From the IMG/VR virus record IMGVR_UViG_3300011335_000748, positions 1 to 57,334 of that record: 57,334 nucleotides of DNA; one strand, given 5' to 3'. The notes below the pieces were generated by a model. The model saw only the letters and a list, made by a program, of their open reading frames with translations. It was not told where the DNA came from and did no database searches. Positions 27,960 to 34,670 of the stretch are shown here, in pieces. The position numbers were made by a program, and so were the translations under genes. This DNA is from a virus (lineage: Duplodnaviria; Caudoviricetes). Position 1 is the first letter of the stretch. Every line of letters begins with the position of its first letter.

Positions 27960-28139
27960 TTAGTAGTCTGATTCGATGGGCTCATCGGCCCAATAGTCCG
28001 AGGACTCGAACACGTCGGCCCGATATCGGGCCCGCTTCTCATCTTCGCAGGAATCGCAAACGAAAGCGCAGAATATTCCGCGGGCGTCGGTCAACTCGAA
28101 CCGTTCCAAGCCCGAACCGCAATTGCAATCTTTAAACAT
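27960..28139 (-). CDS. Small Cys-rich phage protein, 59 aa (not in ORF track)
   Basis: MFKDCNCGSG..DARGIFCAFVCDSC..DEPIESDY; GGGGGA RBS. Confidence 0.65.
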   Translation of the reverse strand: MFKDCNCGSGLERFELTDARGIFCAFVCDSCEDEKRARYRADVFESSDYWADEPIESDY

Positions 28140-28150
28140 ATCATCCCCCC

Positions 28151-28912
28151 TTAGTGTGCCATGATGACAATGGACTTGCGAACCTTAGCAGAGTGTCCGC
28201 CGCATGCTTTGCAATCGGTGCAAGATACCTTCGCGCCCGCCTCTTTTGAAGCCGGACAAATCGCCTCGTTAGACAAGCGGCTTTCATCTTTCGACCGGAC
28301 CCTGAATGTCCGCCAGCCCGCATCCCATGCTTGCAAAGCCTCGGCTTCATTGTCCGCGCTTGCCATGGTCAAGGCTTTAAACTTGGCGAACTCGGGCTTG
28401 TGCCACTGATGAGAATAACCGTTGACCATTGCCGCCCGTTTAGTCGCCCGCGCCCACATTGCGAACGGTGCCGCCGCAGGATCACCGTAAGACCCCATAC
28501 GAAAAGCAAGATCCGCGAACAAATCGGACAGGATACGCGGATCATAGTCCACAATCGGCCTTGCATATCGCCCGCGCTGTAACGCTTTCCACGTCGAAAG
28601 AACCGATTGGAACACCTTGACATAGCACGGCTTGATACCCGCCGCTTTCGCGACACTAGGCCGCCGCTTGCAATCTCCGCACACTGACGAGTCGTCGCCG
28701 GACCGTAAAGCCTCTACCGGATTAACGTCGGACCGGACAATGAATGTTTGAACCATTGCGCCGGTTTTATCGTTATTGCTCTTAGTCGTTATGCGGTTTG
28801 CGATAACAGCAATCGGTTTACCGTCTAGACGGCTTGGGCCTTCATACAAAACGACGCCCGCGAACTGTCCGCGCTTTAAAGCCTCGACCATTGCGTCCAC
28901 TGTCTTGATCAT
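28151..28912 (-). CDS. Cys-rich conserved phage protein (gp88-like, possibly Fe-S binding)
   Basis: N.KTG.MVQT.I, CGDC..PCYV, RMGSYGDP, GYSHQW, CPAS..CTDCKAC. Confidence 0.65.
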   Translation of the reverse strand: MIKTVDAMVEALKRGQFAGVVLYEGPSRLDGKPIAVIANRITTKSNNDKTGAMVQTFIVRSDVNPVEALRSGDDSSVCGDCKRRPSVAKAAGIKPCYVKVFQSVLSTWKALQRGRYARPIVDYDPRILSDLFADLAFRMGSYGDPAAAPFAMWARATKRAAMVNGYSHQWHKPEFAKFKALTMASADNEAEALQAWDAGWRTFRVRSKDESRLSNEAICPASKEAGAKVSCTDCKACGGHSAKVRKSIVIMAH

Positions 28913-28947
28913 AGTCTAACCCCTTCTATGGTTTAAAAGACTCTTTT

Positions 28948-28976
28948 GGTTTAGCAGGATCCTGTGACATTGTCAA
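28948..28976 (-). promoter_or_regulatory. Sigma70-type promoter with TGACA-N-TGTCA palindrome
   Basis: Minus strand TTGACAatgtcacaggatcctgcTAAACC (17-nt spacer). Confidence 0.6.
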
Positions 28977-29004
28977 CTAAATAAATCGCCGCGATTTATT
29001 GCGC

Positions 29005-29100
29005 CCGCCCGAATCGCCCGCCGCGCTCGAAAGAATCGCCAGTCTTATCTTATAGGGCCCGAGAGAATCGCCCGCCGCGCCTCGTTAGAATCGCCAGTGT
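29005..29100 (+). repeat. GAATCGCC repeat cluster 2
   Basis: GAATC at 29011, 29033, 29065, 29088 in alternating GAATCGCCCGCCGCGC and GAATCGCCAGT units. Confidence 0.8.
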
Positions 29101-29124
29101 TATATTAATCCGGTGCACCGACAT

Positions 29125-29155
29125 AAAAAAAGGGCCCGCCGGAGCGGACCCTTTT
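29125..29155 (-). terminator. Rho-independent terminator (hairpin core repeated at about 29428-29446)
   Basis: AAAAAAAGGGCCCGC-CGGA-GCGGACCCTTTT. Confidence 0.65.
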
Positions 29156-29173
29156 CCGTGGTAGGGCGACAAG

Positions 29174-29401
29174 TTAGAGCATGGCTTTAAGTTCGGCCTT
29201 GATCCGCTTGGCGGTTTCGCCCCGCCATGTGGCAGCGTTCGCGAGAAAGTAGCGAACGACGCTTTCGCCTGAATCGTAACCATATTGATCCGTCACGACG
29301 TTCAGACTGTAGAGGGCCCGCAAGTAGGGTAGGGCCCCGAAATAAGGGTTGTTCCAATTAGCACCGATTTCGCGGGCAATAACGTAAAGGGGACGTGTCA
29401 T
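29174..29401 (-). CDS. Conserved small phage protein
   Basis: MTRPLYVIAREI..PYL..YG.DSG.SVV.YFL.NA..WRGE.A..IK.ELK; AGGAG RBS. Confidence 0.7.
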   Translation of the reverse strand: MTRPLYVIAREIGANWNNPYFGALPYLRALYSLNVVTDQYGYDSGESVVRYFLANAATWRGETAKRIKAELKAML

Positions 29402-29453
29402 GTGCTTTCTCCTAATGACATGGGGTAGGCCCGCCGGAGCGGGCCCGATAGGG

Positions 29454-29822
29454 TTAAGCGAGGACTGAGTCGCGGGCTTTGAATTGAACCGTCGTGTCAT
29501 ACGGCTTGTAGTGTTCGCCGAACATGACTTCGAAGTAAGCATGCGGGCCGAATGTGGACCAACGCTTTGATAGGCTCGATCCCTTCCAATCCCAGATATG
29601 CATAACGAACCCCGAATAGCTATCGGGCCCGCCAACTTCGAACAGCCACTCTTTCAGGCTTTTATCGTGAGGACTGTCGATAGAAGGGATCGATAGAACA
29701 CTCTCGATATATCGACCAGTGATGCCGGACAGCTCTCCGGTCTTCCATGTCTGGACGCCGTGCCCGACGTCGTCCAGTGTGATGATCCGCATGGGGATCC
29801 GATACACTATTTCTTTTGTCAT
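29454..29822 (-). CDS. Hypothetical early protein
   Basis: First ORF after the promoter at 29874-29902. Confidence 0.55.
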   Translation of the reverse strand: MTKEIVYRIPMRIITLDDVGHGVQTWKTGELSGITGRYIESVLSIPSIDSPHDKSLKEWLFEVGGPDSYSGFVMHIWDWKGSSLSKRWSTFGPHAYFEVMFGEHYKPYDTTVQFKARDSVLA

Positions 29823-29873
29823 GTGACTTTCTTTCTTTCTCTACGGTAGAGAACCGTTCTCGACCGTGCTTAT

Positions 29874-29902
29874 ACTCTATCAGATACAATTGACATTGTC
29901 AA
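29874..29902 (-). promoter_or_regulatory. Sigma70-type promoter with perfect TTGACA-N-TGTCAA palindrome
   Basis: Minus strand TTGACAatgtcaattgtatctgaTAGAGT (17-nt spacer). Confidence 0.65.
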
Positions 29903-30229
29903 CCTATACTTTAGTCTATAAGTATTTCTACTTAGTCTCGGGTCCCTTGGGCAGTTTCCAGCTGTCAGCTGTCAGCTTTCCGACACCTTCGACCCCCCTT
30001 TCAGGCCCGCCGTTCGTCGAACTCACCTAAAAATCCGATTTTTCCCAGATCGTCAGCAACTTCAAAACATTTGGTCGACCCCCTAATTGTCAACTATTAG
30101 TAATGGGTCCCCTACCCCCACCCCATAATAAAAATTTCAAAAACTAATACCCGGGTAGCACTAGGTGCTACTTTGCCCCACTAACTGATACCCGGATTGC
30201 ACTTAGCCTTGGTTTGGTATAATCCTAAA

Positions 30230-30313
30230 GGACCGAGGTCAGAGGTTTTTTGCTGTTTCCCCTCTGTTCAGGTGGCCCACAGGAGAACAGCGTCAGGGCC
30301 ACCCCTCGGGACC
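30230..30313 (+). ncRNA. Candidate structured ncRNA: three-way junction with kissing loops
   Basis: TGG-TATAAT at 30215-30223; stems CCGAGG/CCTCGG, CAGAGG/CCTCTG, GGTGGCCC/GGGCCACC; loop complementarity GCTGTT/AACAGC; hairpin downstream. Confidence 0.55.
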
Positions 30314-30318
30314 ACAAC

Positions 30319-30345
30319 AAAAAGGGGAGCCTAAGCCCCCCTTTG
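30319..30345. terminator. Probable bidirectional terminator
   Basis: AAAAAGGGGAGC-CTAA-GCCCCCCTTT between convergent units. Confidence 0.6.
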
Positions 30346-30367
30346 TAGAGTCGATAGGTTGTGTGGA

Positions 30368-30577
30368 TTAGAAGAGTTCTTCTTCTTCAGCTTCTTCAAC
30401 AACGATATAGTCGTCGTCCATCAGATCGTAGAGCTGGTCGATGAGCATGTAGAGTGCACCAATGCGCTCTGGCAAAGAGCATGCCATAAACTCATCTGAA
30501 AGGTTGAACTGAACGAGATCAACATCATCGTCTGATGTGCTACGTTCGATAACAGCAGTACCGATTACAACAGTCAT
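30368..30577 (-). CDS. Small highly acidic protein
   Basis: AGGAG RBS; 19 D/E versus 2 R in 69 aa. Confidence 0.6.
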   Translation of the reverse strand: MTVVIGTAVIERSTSDDDVDLVQFNLSDEFMACSLPERIGALYMLIDQLYDLMDDDYIVVEEAEEEELF

Positions 30578-30663
30578 GGCAAACTCCTATGGGTGTGGTG
30601 GAACGCTTGCAAACTACAGATCAAAGATGACACTAAAAAGACGTGGTTTTTTCTATGCTGCAC

Positions 30664-30692
30664 TTGCGAAGGGCAACTATTTAATGTATATT
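30664..30692 (+). promoter_or_regulatory. Sigma70-type promoter for the suhB-like sRNA
   Basis: TTGCGA-N17-TATATT. Confidence 0.6.
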
Positions 30693-30698
30693 GCATTT

Positions 30699-30781
30699 AC
30701 ACCGTGTCATTCTCCGTGGTGTTTCCTCCCTAGACTTGGGACGGTAGCTGTGGACAAAACCCGGTTACCGTCTCCCTTTTC
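30699..30781 (+). ncRNA. suhB/MmgR (alpha-r8)-like small RNA
   Basis: GGTGTTTCCTCCCTAGACTTG core, matching the family core as recalled, followed by a 13-bp terminator stem (30738-30750/30762-30774) and a T tract. Confidence 0.75.
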
Positions 30782-30799
30782 TCTTCGGAGCTTTATCCT

Positions 30800-32272
30800 T
30801 TGCCCTCTGACCTTGCACACAGCCTCCCGGAAGATGCGGCTCGCCAATATGCTCGTCTTTTGGAAAGAGCCACACGCCTTGCTACCTTAGAGAAGGCGAG
30901 AGGTGGCTTCCTTGATTTCGTAAAGTTTGTGTGGCCCGGTTTCATTGCCGGGCGGCATCACCGCATTGTAGCCGAGAAGCTTGAGGCCATGGCGCGTGGC
31001 GAGCTCAAGCGTTTGATTATCAACATGCCGCCGAGACATACAAAGTCGGAGTTTGCCAGCTACCTGTTTCCGGCTTGGTTCATTGGGCAGATGCCCCACA
31101 AAAAGATTATGCAAGCGACCCATACCGCTGATCTGTCGATCCGGTTCGGGCGTAAAGTGAGAAACCTGATGGATGGGGATATGTACAAACCCATCTTTCC
31201 TGATGTGAAACTTCGGTCAGATTCCAAGGCAGCGTACCGCTGGGAGACCGATCAAGGAGGAGAATATTATGCAGCGGGTGTTGGAGGTAATATTGCGGGG
31301 CGTGGAGCTGATCTCTTCATTGTTGACGATCCGCACTCAGAGCAAGACGCTCTCTCCCCCACAGCAATGGAAGGCGCATGGGACTGGTATCAGTCAGGAC
31401 CACGGCAGCGTCTTCAGCCCGGAGGGGCGATCCTTGTTGTTATGACCCGGTGGGGTGAGTCGGATCTCACGGCCCGCCTTTTAAGACAGCAAGCGACAGA
31501 TCCCAAGGCTGATCAATGGGAGATCGTGGAGTTTCCTGCAATCTTGGAAAGCGGTGAGCCGCTATGGCCTGAGTACTGGAAGCTTGAGGAACTAGAGGGG
31601 ATCAAGGCTTCGATCACCCTGTCCAAGTGGCAAGCGCAGTATATGCAGCAGCCGACGGCGGACTCAGTCTCGATCATCAAGCGCAGCTGGTGGAACGTGT
31701 GGGATCATGAGAAGGTCCCCCGTTTGCAGTATGTGATGCAGTCGTACGACACGGCGCACACCAAGAAGAAAACAGCCGACTACAGCGCGATCCAGACGTG
31801 GGGGGTGTTCTACCCCAAAGAGGATGGTCCGGCGAATGTCATCCTGCTGGACTGCAAGAAGGGCAGATGGGAGTTCCCCGAGCTCAAACGCATCGCCCTT
31901 GATGAGTACAAGTACTGGGAACCGGAGACGGTCCTGATCGAAGCGAAGGCTGCGGGTCTCCCTTTGCTACAGGAACTCCGAAGCGTGGGCATCCCGGCGG
32001 TGGACTTTACGCCGAGTCGCGGGAATGATAAGCATGTACGTCTGAACTCCGTTGCTTCGCTGTTCGAAGCGGGGCTGGTTTGGAGGCCGGACGCATCGTG
32101 GGCGGAGGAAGTGGTCGAGGAGATAGCAGCCTTCCCCAACGGTGAGCACGACGACTTGGTTGACTGCGCTTCACAGGCCCTCATGCGATTCCGGCAGGGT
32201 GGCTTTGTTACACATCCGGATGACTACCAAATGGACGAAGGTCCAAGGTCAACGTACAGGGTTTATTACTGA
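30800..32272 (+). CDS. terL: Terminase large subunit
   Basis: INMPPRHTKS Walker A, GRGADLFIVDDP Walker B, MTRW, SYDTA, HDDLVD nuclease motifs. Confidence 0.95.
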   Translation: MPSDLAHSLPEDAARQYARLLERATRLATLEKARGGFLDFVKFVWPGFIAGRHHRIVAEKLEAMARGELKRLIINMPPRHTKSEFASYLFPAWFIGQMPHKKIMQATHTADLSIRFGRKVRNLMDGDMYKPIFPDVKLRSDSKAAYRWETDQGGEYYAAGVGGNIAGRGADLFIVDDPHSEQDALSPTAMEGAWDWYQSGPRQRLQPGGAILVVMTRWGESDLTARLLRQQATDPKADQWEIVEFPAILESGEPLWPEYWKLEELEGIKASITLSKWQAQYMQQPTADSVSIIKRSWWNVWDHEKVPRLQYVMQSYDTAHTKKKTADYSAIQTWGVFYPKEDGPANVILLDCKKGRWEFPELKRIALDEYKYWEPETVLIEAKAAGLPLLQELRSVGIPAVDFTPSRGNDKHVRLNSVASLFEAGLVWRPDASWAEEVVEEIAAFPNGEHDDLVDCASQALMRFRQGGFVTHPDDYQMDEGPRSTYRVYY

Positions 32273-34668
32273 TGGCAAAATCTCCATTCAATAACGTAGA
32301 AGACTCCTTGTACAGCGGTCCTTCGTCCTCTGACCTTGGTGGGGCAGAGGTTGAGCTGCCGGAAGACGGTATTGATGAGAGCGATGATTTCACAATTGAG
32401 GAAGATGAAGATGGTGGAGCTACAATCACTTTTGGCGACACAGATCCAGAAAAAATGGACATATCTTCGCTCGGCTTTGGCGACAACTTGGCACTGGTTC
32501 TGGATGACAGTGTGCTTGCAACCGTCAGTCAGGATCTCTCGTCTGCTATTGAAGAAGACGATTCAGGCCGCGAAGAGTGGAAAAAGACTTATGAAGAGGG
32601 TCTTACTCTCCTTGGTCTTACGTATACAGAACGTACTGAACCGTTTAACGGATCGACTGGCGTAACCCACCCCCTGCTGAACGAGGCCGTCACCCAGTTT
32701 CAGGCGCAGTCGTACAAGGAGCTGCTCCCTGCGAGCGGTCCTGCCCGTGCGCGGATCGTCGGTAAGGTGACACCTGAGCGGGAACAGCAAGCCGACCGCG
32801 TCAAAAACTACATGAACTACCAGATTACGGAAGTCATGGAGGAGTATGACCCCGAGTTCGACCAGATGCTGTTCTATGTTGGCTACGGCGGCTCGGCTTT
32901 CAAGAAGGTTTACTACGACGGCGACTTCGGACGGGCTGTGAGCCCCTACATTTTGCCAAAAGATCTTATCGTTCCGTACGGTTCGCGTGATTTGGCGACC
33001 GCAGAGCGGGTAACACATGTGTTACGGGTCTCGGAGAACGAGCTTCGCAAGCAACAGGTCACCGGATTCTACCGTGATGTGGACTTGACGGGCCCAACCG
33101 AGCCTGATCGTAGCGACATTGAAGAAAAAATTGACCGGATTTCCGGGATTGAGCCCGCTGGCGACCCCAAAGACTACGTTTTGTGGGAGTGCCACTGCTA
33201 TTTGGACATCGAAGGCTTTGAAGATCTGGACGATGAGGGCGAACCCACCGGGATTAAGCTGCCTTACATCGTAACAATTGACTCTGACTCCGGCGATGTG
33301 CTGGCAATCCGCCGCAACTACAAAAAAGATGACGTTCGGAAAAAGAAAAAGCAGTATTTCGTCCACTACAAGTTCCTTCCGGGCCTTGGCTTCTACGGTT
33401 TTGGCCTGATCCACCTGTTGGGCAACCTTGCTCGCAGCGGAACTTCCATTCTCCGCCAGCTGATCGACGCTGGTACGCTGGCAAACCTCCCTGCCGGGTT
33501 CAAAGCGCGTGGCTTGCGGATCCAAGATCAGGAATCACCCCTGCAACCGGGCGAATGGCGCGATGTTGACGCCCCGGGTGGGGACTTGGCGCAGAATCTG
33601 CTGCCTCTTCCCTACAAAGAACCCTCTGCAACCCTGTTCCAGCTGCTCGGCTTTGTTGTTTCGTCGGCAGAGAAGTTCCTCGGGACCGCCGATCTCGGTA
33701 TGTCGGACGGCAACCAAGAGCTGCCAGTCGGAACCACCATTGCCCTGCTGGAACGCGGCTCTCGCGTCATGAGTGCAGTGCACAAACGGCTCCATTATGC
33801 CCAAAAACAGGAATTGCGTTTACTGGCTCAGGTATTTGCTGAGTATATGCCGGACCAGTACCCCTATGAGGTAGAGGGCGCGACCCCTGACATCAAGCGT
33901 CAGGACTTTGACGACAAGATCGACATCTTGCCAGTCAGCGACCCCAACATCTTCAGCATGACCCAGCGTATTGCGCTGGCCCAGCAGCAGTTGCAGTTGG
34001 CAAAGGAAGCCCCGCAGCTGCATAACCAGTATGAGGCCTATCATCGCATGTATGCCGCACTCGATGTGCGGAACATTGACATGATCCTGCCTCCTCCACC
34101 GAAGCCACAGCCACAAGGTCCGGCAATCGAAAATGCTCGTTCTATGCTTGTTCCCAATGGTGCTCCTCCTCTTCAGGCTTTCCCGGATCAGGACCATGTA
34201 GCCCACATTGAAGCGCATATGGCTTTCATTAAGTCGCAATTGATCCAGACTTCCCCGCAAGTTTACGGGATTCTGCTGGCGCACGTGTTTGAACACGTGG
34301 CATTGGCGGCTCAGGGTATGATCATGGAGCAGATGCAGCAGCTTCAGGGGGCTCCAATGCCTCCGCCTGAAATGCTGCTGAAGCAACAGGCGCAGATTGA
34401 AGCGCAGATGGTTGACAAGGTTATGGCTGATCTTAACCCACCAAAGGGTACTGATCCGCTAATCGAGCTTCAGGCCAAGGACTTGGAAATCCGCGACAGA
34501 GCTGTTAAACAGAAGGCGGAAGAAGCTGCACTTCGTATCGACCTTGATGAGCGTCGTTTGGCTGCTAAAGAACGGGCAGATGAAGAGCGTCGTAACTCGA
34601 ACGAGGACATCTCGCAGCTTCGTGCCAACGTATCTCTTGCGAGAGCCCATGTAGCTAAAAGGCCCTGA
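32272..34668 (+). CDS. Portal protein
   Basis: Follows terL; HPLL.EAVTQFQA, GSAFKKVYYD, GFYGFGLIHL, DAGTLANLP. Confidence 0.88.
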   Translation: MAKSPFNNVEDSLYSGPSSSDLGGAEVELPEDGIDESDDFTIEEDEDGGATITFGDTDPEKMDISSLGFGDNLALVLDDSVLATVSQDLSSAIEEDDSGREEWKKTYEEGLTLLGLTYTERTEPFNGSTGVTHPLLNEAVTQFQAQSYKELLPASGPARARIVGKVTPEREQQADRVKNYMNYQITEVMEEYDPEFDQMLFYVGYGGSAFKKVYYDGDFGRAVSPYILPKDLIVPYGSRDLATAERVTHVLRVSENELRKQQVTGFYRDVDLTGPTEPDRSDIEEKIDRISGIEPAGDPKDYVLWECHCYLDIEGFEDLDDEGEPTGIKLPYIVTIDSDSGDVLAIRRNYKKDDVRKKKKQYFVHYKFLPGLGFYGFGLIHLLGNLARSGTSILRQLIDAGTLANLPAGFKARGLRIQDQESPLQPGEWRDVDAPGGDLAQNLLPLPYKEPSATLFQLLGFVVSSAEKFLGTADLGMSDGNQELPVGTTIALLERGSRVMSAVHKRLHYAQKQELRLLAQVFAEYMPDQYPYEVEGATPDIKRQDFDDKIDILPVSDPNIFSMTQRIALAQQQLQLAKEAPQLHNQYEAYHRMYAALDVRNIDMILPPPPKPQPQGPAIENARSMLVPNGAPPLQAFPDQDHVAHIEAHMAFIKSQLIQTSPQVYGILLAHVFEHVALAAQGMIMEQMQQLQGAPMPPPEMLLKQQAQIEAQMVDKVMADLNPPKGTDPLIELQAKDLEIRDRAVKQKAEEAALRIDLDERRLAAKERADEERRNSNEDISQLRANVSLARAHVAKRP

Positions 34669-34670
34669 CG

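Noticed and set aside
27785-29100. GAATCGCC clusters as a mini-CRISPR array
   Set aside because: Units are too short and the intervening sequences are short and partly repeated, unlike spacers.
30230-30313. tRNA or purine riboswitch
   Set aside because: No T-loop, D-loop or anticodon arm; junction strands are too short and lack the purine-aptamer core; no downstream co-oriented ORF.
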